Origin: Nageia nagi
Lineage: Eukaryota; Plantae; Pinophyta
Assembly (NCBI GenBank): GCA_050084985.1
Contig: JBITNC010000002.1
Span: 28,148,001 to 28,212,000 of the forward strand
Direction: 5' to 3'
DNA length: 64,000 bases
The notes under the pieces are model-generated. The model worked only from the letters and a program-made list of their open reading frames with translations. It did no database searches and was not told the origin of the DNA. Made by a program: the position numbers and the translations under genes. Of this stretch, positions 11,832 to 25,559 are shown piece after piece (position 1 is the stretch's first letter; each line of letters begins with the position of its first letter).

Positions 11832-13755
11832 TTTTCTCTTCAGTCAATAGCTTCATTCCTCCTTACCGAATAATAGAAATGGCCACCCATACCCGAGTAA
11901 TAAGAAGATACACTAGGCCTAATTAGTGCTTGGTCTAGCAGTTTAGAGTATATTTTTTCTTTCTAAAATTTAATAGTATAGTATTATTAAAAAAAAAACA
12001 AAGTTATTTTTTTATTAAAAAAAAGGGTGAGGGAAAACCCTTTTGCGAAGATGAAGGCAATCAAATCAAGAGGAGAAAAAAGAGAAAAGCTTAAAATGGG
12101 AGATATTTGAGAAACAAATGTTTGATAGTGTTAATTGTCTTAAGCGATTTGAAAACTTCACAACCTTGCTATGAGTAATTGGATGGCATTAGATGATGTT
12201 GAATCCAGCCTTCTTAGCAAGAAATGTGCAAGTTTCTTTTCTTTTTTTTGATAGTTAGACAAGAGTAAAATGTAAATCTCTCAAAGCTCTAGAGAATTTT
12301 GTGTGGTTGATCAAGTAGCAAAGTGCTTAAGTTCATTACAATAATAAATAATAAAAGTGAAAAAGCACTAACATACAATCTACAAATTACTAACCAACAA
12401 ATGTAGTTGAGATTTATCTAAACTTACAAAATTTGGTTTATAATTTCTAATCAATGGAACTTAGTACTTAGTCCCTTATCAAATTGAGAGGAATATAGTT
12501 GGAAATAAAATGGTTAAGGTTAAGAAATATGAAGCAAGATTGAGAGTCTTACTCAAAAGAATAATATTCATCTTTTGCTCAAATTGCAAGATGCTAAGGT
12601 TGAAAGATACTCAAGTGTGAAAAGTCTCTTTGGTGACTTAGATAACTTGGTCTTAACCCTACTTTAGATGGATGGATGCTACATTATTTGCTTTCATGTT
12701 GATGGAAGAATATTTATGTTTATAGATGGAGTGGTTAAAAAGGTTCGGCCTTTTCCATGTTTGCAAATTGTTGTAATGGTTAAAAAGGTTTTTCCTTTTC
12801 CAAAATTGTAATTTTTTGATGAAATTTGAATCCATGTTATTGGATTAATGCTACCTTATTCCACCATATACATATTGATTAGTAGCATGGTTAAGTTGGT
12901 AGTTTGTGACTTGTGCATCTTGACTAATGGTATAATCAAGTTTGCATGTTGTGGTTTGTTCTTCATCTATGCTACAATATTGTTGAAGGAGAACTTAAAC
13001 CTCCAAATCAAAATGCTTGTAAATAAATAAGAACTTAAGCATCTTTGACATGTGGCTTATGCATTGCTTAAGATGACATTTGATAATTTATAACATGGTT
13101 AAGGTGACATGGTCATATGAGTTTTTGATAGGTGAAGTTATCCTCAAAGGGGAGAAAGAAAATGTTATGATATGATGACACCTTCATATAAAAAATAAAC
13201 ATAAATAATGATCTAAAAAAATGAAAGTAAAAATGATTTTTTTTAGTGATTGGTGATCTTGTTGTGCACATTATGGATATTTCATATATCCTTGGTTGAT
13301 AGTGCACATTTGGATATTTATATTACATATATGATATGATATATCAAGACTTATTAGTATGCACACGTGATATTCTTAGATATCATAGTTAGTGATAAAT
13401 ATCATATTTGATATTGTGCAATGATGTATATTACTAGTTTTGTTATAAGTTATTTGTAACTTGCAGGTTTCTTCTAGAGATTGTAGGTTACTTACTTCAA
13501 GTATGCAAGATCATGACGGCTCATCATGTCAACTTGTTGGATGATTGCTACTTATACATTGAAATTGTTTATGGTTAATGATTGTATTGTAAACCATTTG
13601 TTAAAATAGTTAAGTAGTTGAGCCTTGTAGAACCATCTAAATTCTATTATTTTTCACAAGTTCTCATCTCCGTTTGTATTTTTATAGAGGAGAATTCCCT
13701 TACCCTTTCTTTCTTTGTCTTTTAAACTCTCTACTCCAATATTGCATTAAGGGGG

Positions 13756-14279
13756 AGTTATAATTTATAATGCATTATTATAAGGTCTCTTAATGTAATT
13801 CACTTAGTACTTAAGGGTATCCTTAGATACCTTAAGTATTTAGTGAATATGATAATGTAAATTATTCTACATGTAACTTATCCTATACTTCATTTCATGA
13901 TCATGCACCTTAGGTAAAAGGGTGATGCATGTCATGAATTTGTACAATGGTTAATAGGGTGATCCAAGGGAAAATTTTGGCCTATAAATAGAGGGCTCTC
14001 TCCTTGAGATCATACAATTGGAGAAGCATGAAAAATGGTAGTTTTATAGAGTTGTATGAATGATCTTGTAGGAGTTTTGTAGGAGAATTCTTGAGAATTT
14101 ATAGAATAGTTCACTTGTGAGAAATAATAGAAAATATGGTTCAAGTGGATGTGCTATGTCCATGATGGAGGAATCATTATATATGGTGTATTTCATTGTA
14201 CATGAAATTATGTTTTTATGTTGAAGATTTATGGAATCCTTCAAGATGATCTTGGTTATGGAATCATGCAATTCCATCA
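13756..14279 (+). repeat. 3' LTR of the EPFL-carrying copia element
   Basis: Follows the PPT, ends CAATTCCATCA; homologous to 10137-10644 with many substitutions and indels (old insertion). Confidence 0.9.
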
Positions 14280-17200
14280 GTTGCTAAATATAAAGATTTG
14301 ATATTATTTTCATACCACCCAAAGGATAGAAGACTTAGCATAGCACTAAGCAAGATCCCTAGGTGCAACATCTAGGAGGGTTAGCAGGTTGAGGGATCTT
14401 GTTAATCTATGAATTTTGTGTAGCACTCTAGCCCATCCAATGGTATTCTGAGGTTGAGCTTATACTGTTTAGTTGGTCACTAGGGTTTGAGGAGGGATCA
14501 TTAGGTAGAGAGGATTTAGATATTATAAGGGAGAAAGACTATCCCACACACCATCCATCTATCCAAAAATGAGAGACTCATGGTGTACCTTATTTGGTTC
14601 CTTAGAGGCCAACGTCCATCCCCAAGGGCTTGGTATTGCATCATTGCTCATTGTTTATCTTCAATACAATTATTGGGGACTTGGATCTCAATATTTATCT
14701 TATGTATGCTTTCATATTGCAACGTTGTGGTATATTTACTATTTCATGCATGTTGTAGCCATATGTTGGCATTGTAAGGTTATGTTTGTTGATATCTACT
14801 ATTCTTGGCCAAACATTGGTATTATTACATTATTGGAGTTGAATTTGGATGCCCTAGGTTAGATGTTAGAGCATACTTATATGTCTTTGAATAAATTACA
14901 CTAAAATTGCATTGAGGCTTTTACAGTGATATCAAACCTAAAGATCTTACTGCCTAAGGAAATGAAAGCCAGAACTAGAGCTAAAGTAAAGAAGTTAGAG
15001 TTTGGAAGCATGGTTTTTTGTCAACTTCTTCAAAAATTTGAATACAATGACATCCCTTCAAAGGAAAGGGAGAGACTCTTATGGTTCCTAAGCAAAATGT
15101 ATGAGGAGAAGATGTGCAAGAAGAGGGGGAAGATGTGGGAGCCTAGATTTGTGCCTCCACACAAGACTCTGCTAAAGATCAAAATTTTACTTCAAATCTA
15201 TCGAGGAACCACCAAAGAATTTCATAGAGACATCACCTTTGAGCTATACCAAGATCTTCTAGGTTATGAAGAGGTGGCTTAGAGAAAATCCAACATTGGA
15301 GGGTTAGAGCTAGCTAGGATCCCAACGTATAGATATGGACCACCAGAAGTAGTGAGAGATGTAGCTAATTTGTTAGATCTAAAGAAGAGGGGTGAATGGA
15401 AGTTGTCACTCAGATCCAAAGTTATCAATAGCAGAATTGAGGTTATCACTCAAATTTTATTAGCCAAGAAGATGAGTGCAATCATTTGGAAGGAGGAGAT
15501 TGAACAAGGTTGCATTTTCACTGTATTCAAGGGAGGTCCCATGTTGCATACTAGGGAGACCAAGGAGTAGCCAATTGAGGTACAATGCATCCTGGATCGA
15601 TACCTAGATGTTTTTGGAGATATGTCCAAGGGATTACCATCATCTAGAGGGTTTAAGCACACTATTGAGTTGAAATCGAGAGCCAAGATAATCATGATTA
15701 CTCCCCTATAGGTATTCAAAAGTTTATAAAGATGAGATTGAGAAAACCATCAAGGAGCTGTTGGATATGAGATTCATACTACCTAGCTCTAGTCCCTTTG
15801 GCTCTTTAGTTATGCTAGTTAAGAAGAAGGACGGGACCATGTAGATGTGCATTGACTATCATATGCTTAATAAGAATATCATCAAGGATAGGTATCACAT
15901 TCTTAGAGTAGATGATCTCATTGATGAGTTGCATAGTGCAAAATACTTTTCAAAAATTGATTTAAGATTCAAATACCATCAAATAAGGATGAAGGAGGAG
16001 GATATCCATAAAATGATATTTAGATGCCACTATGGTCACTTTGAATTTTTGGTGATGCCTTTTGGATTGACTAATGCACCAGCCACCTTCCAATCAACCA
16101 TGAATTAAGTTTTCAAAATGCAGCTAAGGAAGTTCGTGCTAGTCTTCTTTGATGACTTCTTGGTGTACAAAAAATGCGGGAGGAGCATCTCCATCATTTG
16201 GACCACATTTTGGGAACGTTGTAGGAACAAAACATTTATGCCAAGTAGTCCAAATGTGAGTTTAGCATGACTAAAATTTTGTATCTTGATCAGATAATTA
16301 GCCATGAGGGAGTTACGGTGGATGAGCTAAAGATTGTAGCTATTCAGAAGTGGTCAACACTTACTACCCTAACATAGTTGAGAGGATTTTTGGGACTATG
16401 CAACTACTACATGAGGTTCATATGTGGCCTCGCGCACTTAGTTGCCCCCCTAACGCAATTGACCAAGAAGGATGCATTCATTTGAAGTGAGAGTGCTCAA
16501 GAAGCCTTTGATACACTCAAGAAGGTCATGTGTTCCTATCCTTGCTTGGCTATTCAACCATGACTAATATTTTGATTTATGTATTCAAACCTTCTTGCTT
16601 TTCAATACTTTGATAAGTCTTTATTATCAATTTGTTGATATCTTGTAGTCTAAGCTCAAGGCTTTCAAGTATAGCTATTTACTTTACCAAATTGGTATTA
16701 TATTGCATACAATAATCAACAATTATCAACTAGGTTGGAACTTGAAATAGAGATTTTGTGTATTCTATCTTCAAATTCAGATATTTTTTAGGGATGAGCT
16801 CATTTGTTCATAATATTATGATTCAATTATTCTACGATAGTGCAAGTATCAAATTTTTCACTTCAACTAATTAATATCAAGTCATATTAGGTAAAAATAT
16901 TAAAGCTAAATATCTTCGAAATGGTGGGGGAAAGTATGGCTAGTAGGGTATGGCATTCTAGATTTTTGCATAATGACATGTGTAATCAAGGTATTATAAA
17001 GAAAGAACCAATTAAGAATCACATAACTTTTTTGATTTGGTTGTATTTGAAGGTTCATTTTAGTGTGAGTGTTCATGCATTTCTTTTGAAGCAATCAATG
17101 TTATTCTCATTATGCAAACATCCATTTACAAAAGCTAGATTAGTTATTTTGCTGAGAAAAAGCTTATAAATAAAAGCTTGCCTTCATAATTTGGATGTTT

Positions 17201-17636
17201 GTAATTCTATTATGCATTTAAAGATGTCTGATATCTCTCATAAGAAAATTGGACTAAACTTTATTTAGGAATCATAAGTAATGTGTGCATTAATGAATAC
17301 TTGGTAAATAGCAACAACATTAAGATATTAATTTTTGAGCAAGTAATGTTCTTGAGGAGTTACATTGTGGAAAAATAATCAATTTAAACCTCATCAGGTT
17401 AGAAACCACAACAGTAGAATTTTCCATTTGATCTCAATTCAAGTGTAATTGATTTAAATTTACCTCTGTATAAATGGATTCTTGATAAAAATAGAAACAT
17501 TGAGAGACCTATACTTTTAGGAAGAAACTTTAGGATACAAAGAGATGGTTACGATACAACAAGACTAGCAGCTCATAGCCAATTTTAACAGGTGAAGGTT
17601 TCAGACCCTTATTTTTCCAGTTTGTTTATTGCAACT

Positions 17637-18812
17637 TGTAGAATCCTAAATATAAATTCAAGTGTAATTAAACCAAAACACATAAGTATGAACCAATGTT
17701 TGGCCTATAAGGGCAATTACAAGCACAAAACACCTCAATATGCCAACATTAGAGTTAGGGAATCAAATACAAGCTTAATCAACATACAAATGCTAACGTC
17801 TAGCTCGTACATACATTAATGATCAAATACACCATAAAATTTTAAATATGGACAAGTGCATAATAGAATATGAGATCTAATAGCTCACGACTTGTATTAA
17901 TGATACAAAATGGAAAATGATACAATATCATGCCCACAAGGCTCAACGTTGGCCTCCAAGGAGCCAACTAGGGTATAACGAATAGGATCAATGTTGGACA
18001 TACAGAACAATAAATGGGACAACCTCACTCTCTCAAAATTTGAATCCTATCCACTGAAGGAGCTCTCCCCAAACCTTGGTGACCAATTGAATGGTAGCAA
18101 TGTGACCTTGGAATGCCATCGGATGGACTAAGATGCTGCACCTTAGCCATAGATCAACAGGATCCCTAAGCCTATTAACTCTCCTAGATACTACACCTAG
18201 GGATGTTTCTTGATGTTGCACCAAGACTTCTATCCACTAGACATTATGAGTAATAATCAATAATCTATATATCTAGCAATGATGCTCCAAGGCCTAATAT
18301 AGCTCTCACTGGATATGGATCTCACCTCAAAGTCATCACCTAGCCCCTCAAACCCCAACACTGGTACCTAAGGATCATTTCAGGCCCAACATGGGTATCT
18401 GAGCCTCACTTATACTCCACATGGATCCTCAAGCTTAACATGGGTCAAGGAGGCATGTATGGGCACCTAGGCAGTTTGCATGGGTATCATGGGCGAACAT
18501 GGGGATCTAGGAGTCTACTCAAGGTTGGTGCATGTATACAAGTGCTCCCAATCTCAACATTGGGGTCATTAAGTGATTTTTCATGCTTTAAGTGCTAAAT
18601 AAGCCTTATAATTTCCATAATCACTTTTAGGATCTCCAAGTACATTAATCATACTAAACTACACTTGGGAGGGAGATGTCCCACTTGGGGCTCATAGTGG
18701 GGTCTTTATATCTTCTATCCCAAGTATTTAATAAATAAAGCATAATTAAATATATACAAGGTAGAATCCATGGGATTATAATTAATTACAATTATCCAAG
18801 GGGTACGTCATA
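17637..18812 (-). mobile_element. Solo LTR of the gypsy family at 9579
   Basis: Reverse complement is colinear with 9579-10136 + 14280-14925. TSD CAACT (17632-36) / TAACT (18813-17). No internal sequence. Confidence 0.85.
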
Positions 18813-20299
18813 TAACTATACTTAGTCTTTTACTCAATTTTAGCCCCTTGCATAGGTAAATTCTAATAAAAAAATGTGAGTTGGTATTTTATATTGTACC
18901 AAGGTTGGGCTTCACCATTTAGGTGAGTCCAAATAGGCATATCTCATATTTTTATGTTTAGCTTGTAGGCACATACAACAGGTTAAATAATTGTAGCAAA
19001 TTCATTTTAATAATGTGACACTTGGTAGCTTATTTTAATACACATAATTGTACTCTTTTGTTTCATGCTCATATGGCCTCTTAGAGAACTTTGTAGCCTC
19101 TTGTGACAAACATCTCTTGAATGGAATAAAAGAGTTTTGTTATATCATTTTGCATTTATCACAAGTTTAAGTGTAGATGTCATATTTTTTGGTGCTCACA
19201 ATCTGGCATTCCTGATGGGACTAGTGCCTTTACATGCTAGAGTAGGAGTGATTTAGTCATGTATTAACTTTATGTGTTTTAGGCTAGTATACAACTTTTT
19301 GCATTTAATTTTTGGTCTAAAGCCCAAAAAATTATATAAATACTATTTGGATATACCTTAGAAAAAATGATTATTAGTCTTGACAGTTTATTGTAACCAT
19401 TCGAATAGTTTTGCCAAGTCAAAACCATACAAATAGTTTATTTTTATTGACCAAGAATCTCAAGGATTATTCCATATAGTTAGATTTCATCTCCTACAAG
19501 TTTCAAAATTGATCTATTTTTTTTGTTATTTTCTCGTTCTTGTACGTGTCTAGGCATATAGGTTTGTTTGTTGATCTCTATTTTTCATTTTCGACTTGAA
19601 AAAATAAAAAAAAAAGCATACATAGTGTTTAGATTGAACCCGAATAGTTGGGACTCACCTATGACTACATGTCCATATAATGTGGTATATTCAAGAAAAA
19701 GTCATTCTCACTAACTTATTCAATAATGTTAAAAGGGTCATATCTCAATAGTTTCAACTTTTTCCCAATACCATACAACCTTAATTTCCTTACTAAGGTG
19801 AAGCCAAAATGGATCTACCACTTGAAATTGATGATCAACCTAATGGCGATCATGCTTTTGCTTGTACTTTGTTTAACTTTTCTCCAAATATTCTTGTACC
19901 TTTTGATGAATTAAATGTATCCTCTAAATAAAACTCCTGGCACACTCATTCTCACTACGAAGATTTGCATCTCCATCACTAAAAGAACCAAAAGACGTAT
20001 CAAAAGGAGACTTTGGTAAATAACCAAAACATGTATCAAAAGGTGTTTTATTTTTATATGAGTGCAAAATCCAATTTTATGCATGTTGAATGTAGCCCAA
20101 ATGTGCATCTCATATCTTAGGATATTTTCCATAATACCATTTCAAAATATGTGCCACTATCCTATTTACCACTTTTGTCTATCCATTTATCTATGGATGA
20201 AAATATGTACTCCTATTTAACTTGATATCCATCCTCTCCTTTAAAGATGTCCAAAACTTTCCAAGGAACCTAGAATTCTTGTTTGAAATAATAGTAGGA

Positions 20300-21900
20300 A
20301 GACCAAAATGGACCCAAACATTAACAAACTATAAGAGATTAGTTGCCTCTTGTCTTGTGACTATCTTTTTACATAGCATCAAAATATGCATTTTACAAAA
20401 AATGATCCACAACATTAATAAGTAATGATAACCTCTTTTAGAAGATGGTAATCTATTATAAAAATCCATAGAAATACTCTCCCATGGTCATGTAGGAACT
20501 AGTAAGGGCATATAAAGATTAAATTTCCTATTACTTAGTTTGCAAACATTGCATACCACATAAACTCTAATGTACTTGAAAATACATTCTTACATTTTAG
20601 GCTAATAACAACACCTTTGTAGATTAGAAAGAGTCTTACCAACACTACAAAATGCCCTACAATACGAAAAGTGTAGGCTTATCAAATGAGATGAATTTTC
20701 TCACCAAACAAAATGCAAAGTTTACCCAAGTAAAAAAGCAATTTATCATAGATATGATAATAAACATTACTAGCATCATCACCCTTATAAAGTCTTCGAT
20801 AGATTTCCTTAGAATCAGGATCATCAACATATTGTTCTTTGTAACCCTCATGCATTAAAGAAACATTTTGGAGAATCACTCCAATTGTAGCAACTAGTGG
20901 TCAAGATAACATATCTACCAACTTATTATGGACACCCTTCTTATGCTTGATCACTAATTGGAATTGTTGCAAAAATCTCATCCAACAAAAATGTCTATAG
21001 TTTGTTGCAACTTATAGTAAGATTGCAAATATTGTAAAGGTTGATGATCAATATGCACTATAATATTTTAACTATCAAATAATAGATACATTGCAAAGAT
21101 CAAACTGTAAAATCAACCATTCAAACAATCTTGATTTTATGTTGAATACAATTTTACAAATATCTTGTTCCTTCATATGTACTTGATGATAACCACTTCA
21201 TACATCTAACATTAAAAAGAATTTATCACTTTGTAATTGGTCCATAACATCATCAATACAAGGTAAGGGACATCAATTCTATATCATTATCTTGTTGAGT
21301 GCTTTGTAGTCCACACACATGCACCAAAATCCATCCTTCTTTGGTACCAACATAATAGGTGATCTACATGGAGAAGTACTTGGTTGAATGACTCTTTAAA
21401 CTAACAACTCCTTAATTTGCATCTTTATCTCTTCATTCTCCATAATAGATTGGTGATAGAAGCCAACATTAGAAAGTGGATCATCTTGTTGCGATTACAT
21501 CTCATATTATATATCTCTATTAGGTGGTACTCCCTTTAGTTCCTAAAAAATATCATCAAATTTAGTGATTACCTTCCTCACCTCTTCTCGATAATGAGGA
21601 TCACATCCTTCAAGAGCCTTTACTATATCAACATCCTTTTCTTGATATCTTACGATCATAAGAGCAAATTTTCAATCTACACTTATCATCTCTAAAATTA
21701 TTCATAAATTATTAATAAGCTTTAGCTTCAAAATATACCTTTAAATTATGTTCTTTGAGCATAACATTCTAATGTATTGCTCTCACATCTTCCATTGTAT
21801 TCCCTTACTAATCTTATTATGCTTTCTTATTTTCTAAAGAGTTCATATTAAAATACATACAATTCAAGATTTGACAAAGTGATTTTCCTATATCTTAGAG
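20300..21900 (-). mobile_element. Highly degenerate Ty3/gypsy pol remnant
   Basis: Minus strand [33 protein letters not shown]...CPLPCIDDVMDQLQ (about 21230-21400), plus an integrase Zn-finger-like segment near 20540-20650. Confidence 0.75.
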
Positions 21901-22600
21901 ATCCTTATCGATTTTTCATAATTTTTATTCCATACTATTTAACCTTTTAGAAGCATTTGTTTTACTAAAAAATCCATTTTTTTATTTCGTTGTGCTTAGA
22001 TGATGAATCATAAGTCTTAGATCCTAATTATCCATATTTCACACATGCTTCTTTAATTGGATTAAGGCAACCAATTCCATCCAATATTGTACTCTTATTG
22101 TTCTTCATCATTGGCTCCCCTCTATTCTTTCCAATTATTCGATAAGTTATTTTGGATACAAAATAGTGTGATTATATACAACGAATATAATCTAAGTTCT
22201 ACGATCTTCAATTACATCTTACTGTTTTTATGAATCAAAAAATCATTTTAAAACAGTCTTCTTAGCATCATCTCTATCCAGAAATTATATTCACTGAATT
22301 AGATTTCTTGATAAGCTAAACATTGATGTGAAACTAAATCTTATTACAGTGATATACCATTATGACAGATATCAGTCATGAGGGTAAGAGCCTTTTTATC
22401 TCAATTCAATTCTTCATATCCACAAACAGAAACTTCTTATCTCTGCAAGTAGCAATTTACATACAAGATGGCAGTAAACGCCACTTTAAAATCAACACAC
22501 ACAATAAATATAAGTTGTTATTACAAGAACCATATATTCACATCATCATATCTTGATTTGATCCTTAAAAAAAACATTCTAGGAGTTTTTCTTTGAAAAC

Positions 22601-23149
22601 TCATCTTTCACCCTTTTTGAAAGCCTTGGAAAACTTTCTAACCAATTGAGCAAACATCGTTTTCTTATGCTGTTTCTTAGGGATTCCATCTTCCTTTCCT
22701 TCCTGTACAACATGTTCTTTGATTCTGTGGCAACTTTGGATATCTTGAATCTGAGATGATCTTGGCTTGTGTTTCCCCCTAGCTAACACAAGCAAACTTG
22801 CAAGGCTATTGCATCCTGGATGAATATAGAGAGGAGAGTGTATGACACTACGAGGACTTGTGGGCATGGCCTTTAACCTTGAAGTCATGGCAGCCATGGC
22901 TGCACCCAATTGTCTATTGAACATTTTGAGCTCATAGGAATCATATAGCTGACTTCCACAATCCCACACTGGTGGCTTAGAACGCCTAAAATCATCACCA
23001 CCATAGGATTTAAGACTACAGGGGCTAGATTTATCACCATCACTGTAATCCTGATCACCATGACATATATTATTAGTGATATTGATCTTCATGGCTTCAT
23101 TCTTGGTTAGCCTCTCCGTCAAGCTCATATCCTGCTTCTGTCTAGCCAT
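22601..23149 (-). CDS. Plant-specific small protein with WDCGS-LYDSYEL motif (Avr9/Cf-9 rapidly elicited 194-like), 182 aa, single exon
   Basis: Intact ATG-to-TGA ORF with the conserved KPPVWDCGSQLYDSYELKMFNRQL motif and a basic C-terminus. Confidence 0.85.
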   Translation of the reverse strand: MARQKQDMSLTERLTKNEAMKINITNNICHGDQDYSDGDKSSPCSLKSYGGDDFRRSKPPVWDCGSQLYDSYELKMFNRQLGAAMAAMTSRLKAMPTSPRSVIHSPLYIHPGCNSLASLLVLARGKHKPRSSQIQDIQSCHRIKEHVVQEGKEDGIPKKQHKKTMFAQLVRKFSKAFKKGER

Positions 23150-23209
23150 TGTGGGTATGCATGGCAGCCGATTGGTTAGATATGTAATATAGAGAAGTTG
23201 TGTCGTTTA

Positions 23210-23486
23210 TTGACCTTTGGATCTTCCGATGCATTGATATCTTCTACATTTCTTGTTGAAATCAACGAGGAAGATTTACATGTATTGGATTTGTTTTTTT
23301 GCAATAGCTTTCTTAAGCCACCGTACCTTACAGGAAGTTAAGAAAACCAGAAATTTGGCTTGGTTTGGTTGGAGTTGTTCAACAGTCATATACATGTCAA
23401 TGCCTCGTTATACATTTTGCATGCAAGAGACTAGATAGGTTAAACCGTTAAGGTCAAGCTATGAAAGTTAACTATGTTGACTGACC
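23210..23486. promoter_or_regulatory. W-box (TTGACY) cluster upstream of the ACRE194-like gene
   Basis: TTGACC 23210, GGTCAA 23452, TTGACT 23477 and overlapping TGACC 23482, all within 340 bp of the ATG. Confidence 0.35.
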
Positions 23487-23529
23487 TTACCTAACAATAT
23501 ATATATATAACCTTAACGGTTTAACCTAT
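23435..23529. repeat. Perfect 20-bp inverted repeat with 55-bp spacer
   Basis: ATAGGTTAAACCGTTAAGGT (23435-54) / ACCTTAACGGTTTAACCTAT (23510-29). Confidence 0.9.
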
Positions 23530-24229
23530 ATAATTGTTCATAAATTATATTAATTTATAAATGAGAATATAACAGCTACAATCAAAAAGTAATAATTGAA
23601 AATTAATCTGATAACATTTGAATTGAAAATTTATTATTTTCGTATTATAAATTAGAAATCAACACATTATATGCTTTACAATGAAGATAACATGTAATTA
23701 GTAGAGTGCATACAAAAAATAATACTAAGGACACCAATATGATCATCTTAATGCTTTAAGAAAATATTCTCTTTTTTTATAGATGCATAATCTTCTCTTA
23801 AATATTATAAGAAAATGATTTGTTTTTTCTAGTAGACACAATCTTCATCCAATGCTACATAGCTTGTACTTGTTTGCATTTATATTTGTAAAAGTACCTT
23901 TATAATAGTAGTAATTCTATTAAAAGGTGTGAAATAACTATCTACTCTACTATTTGCAAATAGACAATGGTTTCTAGATCTCAAAAAGAATGGTCACAAA
24001 AGATATTCCAACAATCCATAAGTTGAAAAGTCATTCAAATGTAACCTTCAAGTAGCTCTTGTTGTCAATTAAAAATTTCTAAACAAAATGACTTTAAGAA
24101 ATCATAAATTTATAACCAAGAATTTTGAACCTTAATACAATCCCCAAAAAAATGTTAAAACTTTCCTCCTATTTACAAAAGGGACAATAAGCATTTAAAA
24201 TAACCAAATACCATAATCTAATACCAAGA

Positions 24230-25208
24230 GGCAAGCCTTGATGAATGGTTTGTCAAGAAAAATTTGTAAGCTTGAGCTCAATGCATAACATACAAATAGT
24301 TTGTACTTTATTCTCCAATTTGTAATTGAAAGAAAGAAAGAAAGAAATTATATTAATGTCCACAAATGACCAAAAGCGGTTAATGGAACTGAAGAGTATA
24401 CAAGTCGAAAGCAGCATGAAGGGCTTAATGGCCCTCATTCAAAGCAAACTAAAAATCTAAAATAAAAATAAAAACAATATAGGGACTAGTCCCTAGAAGG
24501 GGATAAATAGTCAAATAGAGAAGCATAAGGAGCAAACATGGTCAGAGAGGAGGTCTCTCATGATATGTTTGACTATGGACTCCTAGACTAATTTGTGTTT
24601 GTATCGACGCTATTGTAGCTAAAGAAGGTCGTGATCCGTTGCAACCTCATAAAGCTAAGGTCAGCATGCACCCTCTATCTGATACGTCAAATATGCCGAG
24701 GTGGATCATCAATCCTCAACCTAATTGCTTAAATAATGTGATAAGAATGGTCAAGATGTATACCTATACTTGAAATTCATAAAGAAATCCAAGCATATGG
24801 CACAATATGTCAAGAAGACTAAGCATAAATATACCTCAAACCATGGGAGCATGGGGTGGGATCATCAAGCTTGAAGAAGTATGTTGAGTTCTCCCTCAAA
24901 ACCCTAAGATGTGCTCAAGGATATGCTTAAATGTTTGGATCATAATGCTCAATGATTAATTGCCAAGATTGATTGGATGAAATTGATTAGTTCAAATGAT
25001 CTCTAAAATGACTCAGAATTTTATAAAAAACTATTTCTAGATTGACTACCCGATTGCTAGTTAGTTGAAAAACTGCAGGATCAATAGATTAATTGCTAGA
25101 TTGGTAGACCAATTATGATTCAAAGGATTTTGACTATTTTGTTCTTTTTTATGCTTTTCAAATATGCTATCTTGACAAGGTAAAAAAATGTCTTTTTAGG
25201 GTGTCTAC
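24230..25208 (-). mobile_element. Probable LTR remnant (Tat/Ogre-like)
   Basis: Ends TTTTTAGGGTGTCTAC (reverse complement GTAGACACCCTAAAAA, LTR-start-like) with LTR-like composition. Left boundary unclear. Confidence 0.35.
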
Positions 25209-25559
25209 TAGTCCACCAGGTCTTTGAAAAATAAATTTCCGATGATAATATCAAATCAAATAGCATAAAATTGCATCATAAATAAATGTTCACAATCTCA
25301 CTTCATAGCAAGTTTATATTCATAATACAAATCAAATCATAGATTTGGAAAGATGTCACATGAATGACTTATATTATTGATACCCATAGAAACAAAAAAA
25401 AAATTCCAATGGTGGCAATCGATCAGATGAAGAGATTCATAAATGCTAGTAAGAAGTTTGTAATTGTAATTCTCAGACCTTCGAGTGATGGGATTTGGCA
25501 TCATCATTGGACTATATTGCAATGACATCATTGGTCAGTAATTCAATGCCATTGTTGGA

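Larger units (their letters stand above)
10137..14279 (+). mobile_element. Non-autonomous Ty1/copia-derived LTR element carrying a host EPFL gene
   Basis: Paired LTRs 10137-10644 and 13756-14279; PBS TGGTATTAAA at 10647; PPT TAAGGGGG before the 3' LTR; TSD GTTGA (10132-36) / GTTGC (14280-84). Zinc-knuckle-like remnant near 11020-11060 and a decayed RT-like (VGSL) remnant near 12890-12990. Confidence 0.88.
9579..16558 (+). mobile_element. Truncated chromovirus-type Ty3/gypsy element: 5' LTR (9579-10136 + 14280-14925), PBS, RT remnant
   Basis: LTR TGTGATGTACCCC...TTTTACA is homologous to the solo LTR at 17637-18812. Decayed Met PBS (GTGATATCAAACC) at 14926. RT MCIDY..LNK..KDRY...FSKIDLR..YHQIRM...[20 protein letters not shown] (15845-16108), then LVFFDDFLVY. 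Confidence 0.85.

Noticed and set aside
11911-11940. Helitron 3' end (hairpin + CTAG) after EPFL
   Set aside because: Stem is only about 5 bp, CTAG is followed by C rather than T, and no matching 5' TC end was identified. Kept only as a weak alternative.
18964-19225. Short LTR-like segment followed by a PBS-like TGGCATTCCTGATGGGAC
   Set aside because: No second LTR or coding region could be linked; boundaries are unsupported.
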